Source: Lingula anatina
Taxonomy: Eukaryota > Animalia > Brachiopoda
Direction of reading: 5' to 3'
Length of the DNA stretch: 64,000 nucleotides
NCBI GenBank assembly: GCA_051362555.1
Contig: CM120641.1
Span: forward strand, 42,662,401-42,726,400
A program made the position numbers and the translations under genes. This document shows positions 52,301-64,000 of this stretch, piece after piece. The notes beneath the pieces are model-generated. The model ran no database searches, was not told the origin of the DNA, and worked only from the letters and a program-made list of their open reading frames with translations. Every line of letters begins with the position of its first letter. Within the stretch, counting starts at the first letter, position 1.

Positions 52301-55300
52301 ATATTAGCCTTTTTTCAGCTTGAATGTCTTAGTAGTATGTAACAGATTTTTGTCATTGGTATTCTTGCTTCAAGTCTTGACATTTATAACTGGATCTGTT
52401 TGCTTCTTGTTCCTGAATTTTATTGTACCACCAGCGTTAGCGCTGGCGGTACACATGGTTTCGGTCCCGTCCGGATCGTTCCGCCGGCTCCGTTGGCTCC
52501 GCCGGCTCCGCCGGACGGCTACCGTTACCGCTTCTCCTCCTAGACGGTAAGGGCCCCCGTACCCATCTCATGGATTTAGGTCACCTATAATCTCAACTCG
52601 TTCCACGTAAAATTTGGGCTTTGTCGGTATTGGGGTCTGGGTGTGGCACTCATTGCAATGCACCCTTGTCTAAAAATGGCAAAATTAAATGCTAATTATC
52701 TACCCTACGGAAGGAGTTATGGGAAAAATTTCTATAGACGGCTTTCCAAAAGTCATATGTGTAGATTTCAAATATACCCTTGGATTTGACCTTTGACCTC
52801 TACTTCAAGGTCAAATGGGCCAAAATTTTCAAAAAAATGAAATTTTTTACGAAAAAAATTTTTTTTGCCCTGTTATTCAGACACCACACAGACTTAACCA
52901 ATAATATTATTGGAAAGTGTTACCCTTCAGGTCATCTTTCATCTCCATGAATTTGGGGTCAATCGGTGCATTTTCACGGGAGTAGCGGCCATAAGATACC
53001 GAAACTGAAAACTGTCTCTAATTCGGGAACCGTTAATGCTAGAGACCCATTCTTTTTTGCATTTTGTAGAGCATGTAAAGCCCAACACTGGAGGTGGTCT
53101 CGGTTTTTTTGTATTCCATACGGTTTTCGAGTTACGCTGTATCAAAAAGTACATATTGGTGGTAAAAGCAAAATGTGCAGTACGGTAATGGATAATAAAT
53201 TTTGAACTCTGGAAAAATAAAACATAAGGCTTGGCAAAGCAGACAACTTGTGTTCAAAAATGACATTATTTCATCAAATTTGAACTTCTGAAACTTCAGA
53301 GCACCTCCTATTTCAAGAATTTTGACCAAAATGACATTTTCTTTATTTTAATTAATTTTTTCTGTACGAAATTTAAGGCACATTATGGTAACTCCAAAAT
53401 TATAACATCTAGTCCCTTATATCTCCAAAACTGGCAGAGATAGGTCCATAGTTACTATTGAAGTTGAATAGGAAGTCATATACTGGCAATCTTACTATGA
53501 CCTTGAAATTGACCTTTGACCTACTTTTCACCATGAACTGAACTTTGCAAATTTTTCTTCCCTTTTATCTCCAAAACTGGCAGAGATAGGTCCATAGTTA
53601 ATATTGAACTTGAATAGGAGGTCATATACTGGCAATCTAAATGTGACCTTAAAATTGACCTTTGACCTACTTTACACCATGAACTGAATTTTGCAAATTT
53701 TGCTTTCCTTTTATCTCCAAAACTGGCAGAGATAGGTCCGTAGTTACTATTGAACTTGAATAGGAAGTCATATACTGGCAATCTATATGTGACATTAAAA
53801 TTGACCTTTGACCTACTTTTCACCATGAACTGAATTTTGCAAATTTTGCTTTCCTTTTATCTCCAAAACTGGCTGAGATAGGTCCATAGTTACTATTGAA
53901 CTTGAATAGGAAGTCATATACTGGCAATCTAAATGTGACCTTGAAATTGACCTTTGACCTACTTTTCACCATGAACTGAACTTTGCAAAATTTGCTTCCC
54001 TTTTATCTCCAAAACTGGCAGAGATAGGTCCATAGTTACTATTGAACTTGAATAGGAAGTCATATACTGGCAATCTAAATGTGACCTTAAAATTGACCTT
54101 TGTCCTACTTTTCACCATAAACTGAACTTTGCAAATTTTGCTTCCCTTTTATCTCCAAAACTGGCAGAGATAGGTCCATAGTTACTATTGAACTTGAATA
54201 GGAAGTCATATACTGGCAATCTAAATGTGACCTTGAAATTGACCTTTGACCTACTTTTCACCATGAACTGAACTTTGCAAACTTTTCTTCCCTTTTATCT
54301 CCAAAACTGGCTGAGATAGGTCCATAGTTACTATTGAACTTGAATAGAAAGTCATATACTGGCAATCTAAATGTGACCTTGAAATTGACCTTTGACCTAC
54401 TTTTCACCATGAACTGAATTTTGCAAATTTTGCTTCCCTTTTATCTCCAAAACTGGCTGAGATAGGTCCATAGTTACTATTGAACTTGAATAGAAAGTCA
54501 TATACTGGCAATCTAAATGTGACCTTGAAATTGACCTTTGACCTACTTTTCACCATGAACTGAATTTTGCAAATTTTGCTTCCCTTTTATCTCCAAAACT
54601 GGCTGAGATAGGTCCATAGTTACTATTGAAGTTGAATAGGAAGTCCTATACTGGCAATCTAAGTGTGACCTTGAAATTGACCTTTGACCTACTTTTTATC
54701 ATGAACTGAACTCTTTATTTCTTTCTCTTTTAACTTCAAACTTGACAGAGATAGGTCCATAGTTACTCTTGAACTTGAATAGGAAGTCATATACTGGCAA
54801 TTTACTGTGACCTTGAAATTGACCCTTGACCTACCTTACGAAGAACTTAAATTTGATTGTACCATATATATTTTTTGCAATAGTTTAAAAATTCTTGTTG
54901 ATTGCATTTTTACAGCTTGTCAAGCACAAAACTGGTGGCTGTGTCCCTTATTTTGTGTATGTGGGGGTCTATACGAATGCGTTTGCTCCAGCTGGTGGTA
55001 CAATATTTGGAGGCGGTATCGCCTCTCTGATCCTCTAGTTTTTAATGTTTATTTATTTTAGAGGTGTTGCCTTCCATCCAGACATTGAGAGAATGCAGTT
55101 GATAAGTGCAGCTGAGGATTATAAAATCCGTGTCTGGGACCTCATGAAAAGTAGTTGCATTGCTGTCCTTGACAAGCACTTCAGTGTCATCACTGGACTG
55201 CAATTCACTGAAGATGGCGACACCTTATACAGGTTTGTCCAAGAGAAACCGCAATAAAATTTCCCACTGCCTAATCTTGATTTTGTTAATGTATTTTCAA

Positions 55301-58300
55301 GCCTTGGAAGAGTTTTCTTGCTTTATAAACTAAATGTGGCAGAAATGGATTTTAAGGACTGAATAATTTTTCTTTTTTTTTTTAACTAGTTGTGGCAGAG
55401 ACAGTGTAGTAGTGGTGTGGGATCTGCATTCCTTTCTCTGCCTGAAGACTATCCCAGTGTTTGAGGTAAACTTCTTGCTTTGAGATTCAAACAGAATTTT
55501 GACATGTTTACCTTCAGAACATTCCCAACAGGCCATGGGTGTGAACAGATTGTGTTCTTCGTAACTTGCATTTTTACTACAGTGTTCAATATTCAAGTTG
55601 TTGCGAGTGCATTTAGTATGATAAGAAGTTTTGTAGTGCAGGTGAAAAAAATTCGATTACCTTATCAGTTATTGGAAACATTTTGCTAGAAATTGATTTA
55701 TTATTTCAATTATTGTATTGTTTTAGCCAGTAGAATCTGTGTTGCTTTTGTCACCCAATATGGACTATCCCAAGTTGTCAGTGGTAGCAGGGGAACAGCA
55801 TTTCATAACAGCTGGAAGCAAAGGTAAAGTAAGAGGCTCTCATGTGGAACAGAACTATCAGACAATGAATTTTATAGATACCTGTAATATTATATTTATA
55901 GATACAGTTTTACATGTGTAAAATTTTCTAATTATTGTGTAAAATGTTTTTATGTAGATGGCATGCTACTTAGCAAAATTAATTGCGTGTGTGTCTATAA
56001 TTAACCATGTTTGTGAGAAGTTGACATGCTGTTCTATTATACTACATTGAATCAAATGGATGTTTGATTCTCTCTCTCTCTCTTTTTTAGGGAGGAGTAG
56101 AGATACAATTTGATGACATAGTTTGTCCATAATTGCTTAAACTTAAATAATTTAATTTCACTCTACTTTTCACCACTGAAAAAATGGTGGTTGAAACATT
56201 TAGATTAGAATTGTCATGTTGTATTTTAAGGTATACTGAAAGTTTGGAACACCTCCAAGGCAGCATGTGTCTACACACAAGAGGACAGCCCAGTTGCCTT
56301 GGCAGCAAGAAGCAGAGAAGTTGAAGAAAGTGACCAAAGGTCAAACATTACTCAAGCCATACACTGTCCATCCAATTGGGCTATTACAGTGGTCACTTTT
56401 GACCATTATATCATAATGTTTGACTTGGAGGGGTTTGAAGTGAAAAAGCAGGTTAGCTACATATGTTGATTCTAGAAGAATAAGAATATGTTGATAAAAT
56501 ATATTGCTGCTTTGTAGCCAGCTGATTTTATCATAGATAAAAAATCTGTTTGAAAATATAACTCAAAGCTTCTCTGACAGCAGTTTTAACCGCAAAAGCA
56601 AGTCTTGAACATGATTTGATTTTATCAATAAAAAGAGGTAATTACCTTGATGGAAAACAGAAATTTGTTAATATGCCAGAGGTAAAGGTAACAAAAACCT
56701 TGAAAAGGATTCTGACTTAGAATTTTATTTTGATATATTTAAGACTTCAAAAAGTAAATGTTGAATACACCAAAGACAATTTTTTACAAACTCTCTTGTG
56801 TTTTTATGTTGCAGTTTGCAGGTTACAATGATGACATCCTAGACATCCATTTTCTTGGGGAGCAGGAAAGTCACATTGCTGTGGCAACAAACAGTGAACT
56901 TATCAAAGTGTTTGAGTTGAGCACCTGGAACTGCCAGATTCTCCATGGCCACACAGATATTGTGCTTAGTTTAGATGTCTACCAAAAAGGAAACCTTCTA
57001 GTCAGCAGTTCTAAGGTTTGGGACATGCTTAAATCGTTCAAATGCTACCAAGTTTTGGTTCTTTCCATATCTGTTTTGGTGAAAGCAAACATTGGTCTCA
57101 TCTTCTATAAATAGAGTAGATAAGTAATAATCTACTTTTGATACACTTAAAATGTATGTTCAGGGGAATCTTAACAGAGTAATATTGGGAAAAACATTAA
57201 AAAGGGAGTAAATATCTTTGTCTAAATGAAGTAGTCACCCATATTTTTAGCTGTGGCATGTACAGACAATGTTTGCAAGAATGTTCAGGTAAGAAAGATA
57301 AAAATGTTTCATGTTTTTTGGGGAAAAAAAAGAAAATTTAAAGAAAAGCAGTTTCTTGTCTGTTCTTTGACCCTCAGGATAACAGTATCAGGCTATGGCA
57401 AATAGATGATGATACTCAGAAAATGAGCTGTGTAGCTGTAGGTCAAGGTCACACCCATGCTGTTGGAGCAGTAGCATTTTCAAGGTAAATCATGCTTCTT
57501 TGTAGTAAGAGGCTGCCTATATTTGTGATTACCATATTTTTAATGAGCAGCCTCTTATCTGAATGTACAGCTACCTTATAACATTATTAGACTGCTTAAT
57601 TTAATAGAGTTAATTTGTTGTAAAAATTTGGGGATAGAAGTAATTTTGATGCAAGTTATCTTTTGTTGGAAATCAATGAATATAGTTTGCATGTAATCTT
57701 TTAGTGAAAATTTTGTATTCCAGTGTCAAAAAATAAATAAATAAATAAATAAATAGATAAATAAATAAAAATACAGTAATCTGCTCAATTTTGTTTGAGG
57801 TAACCTAAATTTAATTTCACTGTTTGCAAACTCTGTCTGAAGTTCTGGGGCCTGTTTCACAAATGATTTTTAGACAAAATGGTTAATTACTTTGACAAAA
57901 AATTGAGTGTACTTTGACTCCACGTAATTATGAAGTACAATTAAATAAATGCTGTGACAAATTAACAGCTATAAGACATGGTTCATGTTTTAGTTGTGTC
58001 TATTAGCTACTTCATTGTAGTAGACTACTGCAGATTTGTCCTGAACTAAAGAAGACCAAAATATTGGTCTAAAATTGAAGATCCACTTTCAGTCTAAATC
58101 TTCTTTGTGAAGCTGGCCCCAGATATAAATACTGTTTCATATTTCAGACTTGCCCCAAGTTTTATTGTCAGTGGCAGTCAGGATTGCACCATCAAGCTTT
58201 GGTCAGTGCCAGACAATCTTTGTGGCAACTCGGTGACAAATCTTCATGCTAACATGACAGAGAAGGCACACGAGAAGGATATTAATTCCATCACAGTGTC

Positions 58301-61296
58301 ACCCAATGACAAATTATTGGCCACAGGATCCCAGGATAGGACAGCTAAAGTAATTATGTTGTTTTGTTTCCTATTATGTTCTGCTGAAGTAATTGCATTG
58401 GTTGTTTATATTGTGATTATGCTTTGACATAAATCAAACAGTCCCTGACTGAGTTCTCCTATAAAATATGCATTTTTACAGTAAAATTCAGCTCATCGTG
58501 TTGAAAGCTTGACAATTATTCCAATAAAGACTAAATAAGATATTTCAGGATGTATGTGTGGTAAAGGGAATTTCAATATTGATCCACCCTATTAAAATGT
58601 TTGACCTACCCTGAACAAAAGGTTCAATTTCTCCCAACATGCAGACCATCACACCTCTGTCCACTTCTCCCTACATCATAGTAACCTGCGCTCTGAAGCC
58701 TTGCTTACTTTTGGTTGTATATTTCTTCCTATATCAAAATAACCTGCTTGCTTTTGTTCATTCACTTTTCCTTGTATCAAAGTAACCTGCTATGTGAACC
58801 CTTGCTTACTTTTGGTGTCTACTTCTTCCTATATCAAAATAACCTGCTACCTTGCTTGCTTTTGTTCATTCACTTCTCCCTATATCAAAGTAATCTGCTA
58901 TCTGAACCCTTGTCTACTTTTGTTCTCTTAGGTATGGAATGCTAGTAGCCTGTCTCTCCTAGGTGTGTGTAGAGGTCACAGGAGAGGGATATGGTGTGTC
59001 CAGTTCTCTCCTGTTGACCAGTGTTTGGCCACCTCTTCCAGTGACGGGACCATCAAGATCTGGTCCCTCTCTGATTTCACCTGTGTTAAGGTAAGGACGT
59101 AATCTTATCTCATAATCTCATGTTTTGGACCACTTAAATTTAACAAGCTTGTATATATTGGGAACTTTTTTGTGTGTTTCTCAGTGAGTATTTATTTATT
59201 TATTTGACAAATTGTATAATGGCTTTGGAAAATGAGGTTTTGATCCATACATCTAAAATGCACACATGTACAAAAAATAAAAAAAAAAATTTTTTTAAAT
59301 AAAACCTACAATAAAAAAGTTGCTTCAAACATATGAACTGTTTCATATTTATGACTGCTGCTTACCAGTTATAAATATTCAGGCCTGATGACCAAAGATG
59401 TGATATATGTTCTACTCTGTATTTCAGACATTTGAAGGGCATGACACATCTGTTCTGAAAGTGATTTTCTTGACCAGAGGGATGCAGTTGATGTCTAGGT
59501 ATGGTGCCATATTAAAGTATTTGTTTACATAAGAAAATGAGGAATGTTTGCTCATTAATCCAGGTCCTGGTCCATGTAACAGGTAATGACTCGGTGCAAG
59601 CAAGTGGTGCTACCTAGTGAGATATTTTCAAACTAAGGGGTCAGCTTATTGTGGCATATCCTTGATTTCTGTCTATTTAATGTAGTTCAGTTTGAAAAAA
59701 GTGTAAACTTTAGATTTTCTGCAACAGGTGTTGCAAAAGTAATATCTTGAGATGGTTCAGTCAGGAATATACTGAAAAGATTAAATTATAAACAGATATG
59801 TTAGATTGATATTTTTATCCTCCCTCTCTTTCAGTGGATCTGATGGTCTGCTGAAGTTGTGGAATATCAAGAATAATGAATGTATTAAGACTTTGGATGA
59901 GCACACTGAGAAGGCTTGGGCTCTCACAGCCAATAAAAAGGGAGACGTCATTATCAGTGGGGCAGCTGACTCCAGTATCATTGTTTGGAAGGTAAAATTG
60001 AAATGTAATAGTCGAAGGCTGCTGTGAATATGTAGGCGTACGTGAAAAGTAGGCGAGAAATAGGGTCAGAAAGAATGGCAGCAATGGCAACAAATAAAAA
60101 ATGGTAAAGTTATCTAGGGGTGTTTTTGTGTTTGTTTTTTTTGTTTTTTTTTTGTAGTGTTACAGTCTTTTGCACCAGGGTATGTATTTCCTTTGTTTTG
60201 CTTGTTACTTTTTGTTTTCAATTGATGATATTTTTTGCACCTCCAATGGATTGCTATTCTTAGATACGAATATTTTCGATGTAATTATTTATTAAGTTGT
60301 AAAGACTTTTATTTAAGTTTTTTCACTTAACACGGGAAATTTGAGCTTTGGTCTTCTGTATGGGTGTTGTATAATCAAAACTATTGCTACAGTGCTAAAT
60401 CATTTAATTTCATTACACATTACAGGACACAACAGAAACTGAAATAGAAGAAGCAAAGGCCAAAGAGGAGGATACCATTATCAAGTAAGCTGATTTGTAC
60501 CTCATAGTAAAACTTCATAATTGCACATTATATGTACGCAGTCAAGTTGTAATTCTTTAAATAAATTGAATGGCAATTTTAGGTGTGTGATTTGATCATC
60601 CTAGATGAAACTGAACTCCTGCCACTTATATTTTCATTTGCATGCAGGGAACAAGAACTTGCCAACCTCTTACAGCAGAAGAAGTACTTGAAGGCAATAG
60701 GATTGGCCATCACTCTAGAACAGCCATTCAGAGTTCTGAATATCATGAAAGGTATGATAAAACCACTTACACTGTATCTGTCAAAGTCTATCTTGTATTT
60801 ATTATTCACATTATCTGATTCAATATTATGCTTGCAATTTATTAAAAAAATTGTGATGATTATGGTGTTAAGCATTGTTTAATATTGCAGCAACTTATAG
60901 CTTAAAGTAGGCCAAATTTTAAAATTTAAAGTTTAGACTATCTTTGGGCTTAAGATCTTGTGTGGCACCAGGTTCAGATTCAAGTCCTGCAACTACGCCT
61001 AGCTGACATAGGCATTGGTAATATCTGGAGGTAACTTTAAATTGGCATTGGCCTAGAACTATGTGGTCTGACCTCAGCCTTGACCGCTGGTAACAAAACT
61101 TTGTTACCAGTAATCCTAAGATATGCTTTCATGTTGTGGAATTAGATTATAAAATATTATTTGTTCTTGAACCTCCTAAACTTTGGGATCAGTCCATGTA
61201 TTTGAATAAGTGTGGTGCCTTGTTTTATTCAACCTTTATATATTTTTAGTAAGTAGACTTCCCTTTACTTAAAACTAATTTATCTTATTTTTCCAT

Positions 61297-61362
<66 letters not shown>

Positions 61363-62256
61363 TGGTGCTGAATTATTATTTTTATGTTATTGTTATTCAG
61401 AGATCCTGAGTCAGCCCACAGGGCAGCAAGACTTGACAGATACTGTGCTTAAACTGAGAATGGACCAGACAGGTAACAATTGAGTGCCTTTAAAATATCA
61501 AAAGATCCATTGCTTTGATGTTCTGTTCAAGTTGAGGGTAATATCTGATTGTATTCTTGACTGATATGATGCATTCTCTATGTTGACCAAACTGTCTCAT
61601 TAAGAAAAGTTCTCATTTTTAATATATCATTATCTTCTTCAATGAGGTTATGTTTTTTAGTCCCATTTTTTCGTTTCTCTATATCTGGTCTGTATACCTC
61701 AATATGTTTTTATACCACAAAGACAAGGTGCTAGTTAAATAATGAATTTCTTTCCATTTAATTTAGATGCAGTCCTAAGGTTTTCTGTTCAGTGGAACAC
61801 TAATAGTAAGCATTGCCACGTTGCCCAGTTTGTGCTGTCAGTGGTGCTGAAGGGTTACCCTCCTGAGGAGCTGATGAAGCTGTCGAACTTTAAAGCCACA
61901 GTGGAGGGTCTCCTACCATATACAGGTAAATTGATTGGCAACCTGAGTTAAAGGTCTTTCAGAACTATATTTATATACAGTAGGATCATATTAAAATAAT
62001 ACTTTATTCTGTTCAGTCGTTTTTCAAAATACACATGCTGTTACATTGACATGTTGCAATATCAAAGACATTTAAGCCAGTCAAAGACATTTAAGTCTGT
62101 TTTTCAGAGCGCCATTTCCAGAGGATGAAGAGATTGCAACAGCAGGCCACCTTTACAGACTACACGTGGCAGTGTATGAAGCTGGGGCAAAGTGATAGGT
62201 AAGATGTGTCAATCACACCTAACACATTCACTGGTGTCAACTTTGTGCAGTGTATT

Positions 62257-62333
<77 letters not shown>

Positions 62334-62932
62334 CCTAGAAATGTCACGTGTATCACTTGTATGAATGATGTCATAGCAGTTGTTTCAATTTTTTTCTTCT
62401 CAGCAGGGTAAACGATAACGAGGCATCACACAGTGCTACTAACATGGAGACTGGGAACTTTGTGGGTAAAACCCAGGATCCTAAAGATGGTGCTTCTGAG
62501 GAAATTGAAGAAGAAACAGAAGATTTGGGAGAAAGAATCAGGAAAGCAGTACAGCAAAGGTTAAAAGAACTAGATCAAATATCTGAAAAACAATCTGGAG
62601 AAAAGACTAGCAGGTCTGAACAAGTTGAGGTAGATAAAAGTAATGAGGAAAATGATGGAGAAAATGTTATAGAAAATGAGAAAACAAACTTAGATGCAAA
62701 AAAGAAAAACAAAAACAAAAAATTAGATTTAACAGACTTGCAAAGGGACCAAGAGGAAGAAACCTCAACTGCTGAGAAAGTGACTACTAGATTAGAACAT
62801 GCAAAAAAGAAGAAAACAAAGAAGGGATTCAAAACTCCTGATTCTATGAATAAAAGAAAAGTTAATTCTAAGGAAAATGGGATCACAGAGACAAACAGGT
62901 CATCAAAGAGAAGGAAGTCGTCTGCAAAGTGA
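49375..62932 (+). CDS. TBL3: Transducin beta-like protein 3 / UTP13 (SSU processome WD40 protein), ~974 aa, 22 exons: 49375-49397, 50160-50211, 50776-50871, 51174-51224, 51498-51575, 52012-52160, 55062-55232, 55390-55465, 55727-55823, 56231-56451, 56815-57015, 57378-57484, 58148-58349, 58932-59090, 59428-59498, 59835-59991, 60426-60484, 60648-60751, 61401-61472, 61767-61925, 62108-62198, 62404-62932
   Basis: FYTGGKVQ, KQYCTHNLRGH, QFAGYNDDILD..HIAVATNS, AHEKDINSITVSPNDKLLATGSQDRTAK, GHRRGIWCVQFSP, Utp13 domain WNTNSKHCHVAQ...LLPYTERHFQRM; 2925 nt in frame. Confidence 0.95.
52420..55040 (+). mobile_element. Non-autonomous Helentron-type element (HINE/DINE-1-like) in TBL3 intron 6
   Basis: 5' subterminal attgtaccaccagc within hairpin gtaccaccagcg-ttag-cgctggcggtac, then GC-rich ccg-type microrepeat; 3' gctggtggtacaat (54991-55004), short stem-loop gaggcg-gtat-cgcctc, ending ctag + T-run; no TSD, T-rich flanks. 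Confidence 0.85.
53415..54835. repeat. Tandem array of ~10 x 146-bp units inside the HINE
   Basis: atctccaaaactgg recurs at 53421, 53567, 53713, 53859, 54005, 54151, 54297, 54443, 54589 and a diverged last copy near 54733. Confidence 0.95.
57845..58122. mobile_element. MITE with ~30-bp TIRs in TBL3 intron
   Basis: ctggggcctgtttcacaaatgatttttagac vs reverse complement of right end ctggggccagcttcacaaagaagatttagac. Confidence 0.8.
58660..58925. repeat. Degenerate minisatellite (~40-60-bp subunits, ~100-bp period) running up to a TBL3 acceptor
   Basis: cctatatcaaaRtaacctgct recurs five times with alternating spacers. Confidence 0.85.
62258..62330. repeat. (AC)n microsatellite in last TBL3 intron
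   Basis: Direct read. Confidence 0.95.
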
Positions 62933-64000
62933 GGCAGTCAAAAAGCAAGAGGGGCGTATAATGTTTATTTGACATTGAAGAAGTTTTTAATGTCATGATC
63001 ATGAAGCCTTCAATCAATAAATATATATTTATTGAAAATGACTTGAATATTTTTTCAAAATTCAAGATCTTAAAATGCCCATTTGATTCGGCAGGCAAAG
63101 ACCCTACTCATATTTGTCTGAAAAATAAACACTTCAAAAATTATTGAATAAAATTATTCACTTCTTGAAAAAAGATTATCTTGTTTTTAATGGAAAATGC
63201 ATGGAAGGTGGTTGCAATACAGAAACAAATTATGATGTGAAAAATTGAAGCTGAATCCTTTGCCTTGCTTATTAAACCTGTTTTTTTATGTATCAATTTG
63301 TTTGTTTGAAAGAACTATACTGTTGTCAGTAACAAAGAGGTGGTGATTGGGCTGTTTTTGAACAGATTAGTCTAGACAGTTACCTGTTTATTAGCTTTTT
63401 GATTGAATGTTTTAGATTGTTAAAGTAAATATTTTTGTGCCATATTATGTATTTTCATATCAGATTTTATTCAGCAGTGAATTTAACTTACCCCACAACA
63501 TCAATTTGCAGTTCAATTCCTCCAAATCATTTTCATACCTATTTTTATGCAAGGTCATTTCTTCATGTAATCAGAACTTGAAAGTCCTCGAATTGAGAGG
63601 AACTTTGAGAAAGATACTGGGTACAAAGACACAGTGTTCATGGTGATTTATTTAAAGTTCACAGATTAAACTTATTTGATGAAATGCTTTCTCCTATCTT
63701 GTCTGTTTGCATTGTGCATTTCACTGTTTGATTTTCCACAAAGTTTGTTCAAAGTTAAAACTTCCGTTGATAATGTGAATGGTGAAGTTGTAAACCTCAA
63801 TACACCTGTTGATTTGTGAGCTATCTGCCTTAAGCTAATAATCAAGATGTGCATCAAAAGCCATTTATAGAAGACTGGTGCAGAAGGACTCGTGTTTTGT
63901 CATGCTTTGAATGGGTCTAGAAAGTATTAGCCACTCAAAAAGTTTTTTGAACCAAGATGGAGGAGATATATTGGACAGATATTTGTGGAAATTCTAGCCA

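Noticed and set aside
53415-54835. Regular repeat array as possible CRISPR
   Set aside because: Units are contiguous near-identical 146-mers without unique spacers; eukaryotic intron; no cas genes

Overview
AT-rich, intron-rich eukaryotic (animal, probably marine invertebrate; taxon is inference) genomic DNA; the ORF track is mostly noise because genes are spliced. By manual splice-phase reconstruction I can support eight protein-coding loci: (1) 3' end of a Cad99C/PCDH15-like cadherin cytoplasmic tail with three paralogous phase-0 micro-exons (465-3532 +); (2) a 142-aa orphan gene (6224-7358 +); (3) a ~1048-aa EGF/C-type-lectin/SRCRx4/ZP membrane protein in which the lectin domain is split around the four SRCR domains (11687-19534 +); (4) a patatin-like phospholipase with two EF-hands (20887-30601 -); (5) a TPR + J-domain-like gene nested antisense in an intron of (4) (23352-25978 +); (6) a 2-TM PPxY protein (35601-40387 +); (7) a RING/TRAF-zinc-finger E3-like protein with a long disordered tail (44022-48441 +); (8) TBL3/UTP13 with a GC-AG first intron (49375-62932 +). 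Mobile DNA includes nested PIF/Harbinger-type MITEs with TTA target duplications, a Helentron-type (HINE) element carrying ten 146-bp tandem repeats, a foldback element and an RTE-type LINE remnant. No tRNA, rRNA or CRISPR found. All gene models are by-eye predictions without transcript evidence.
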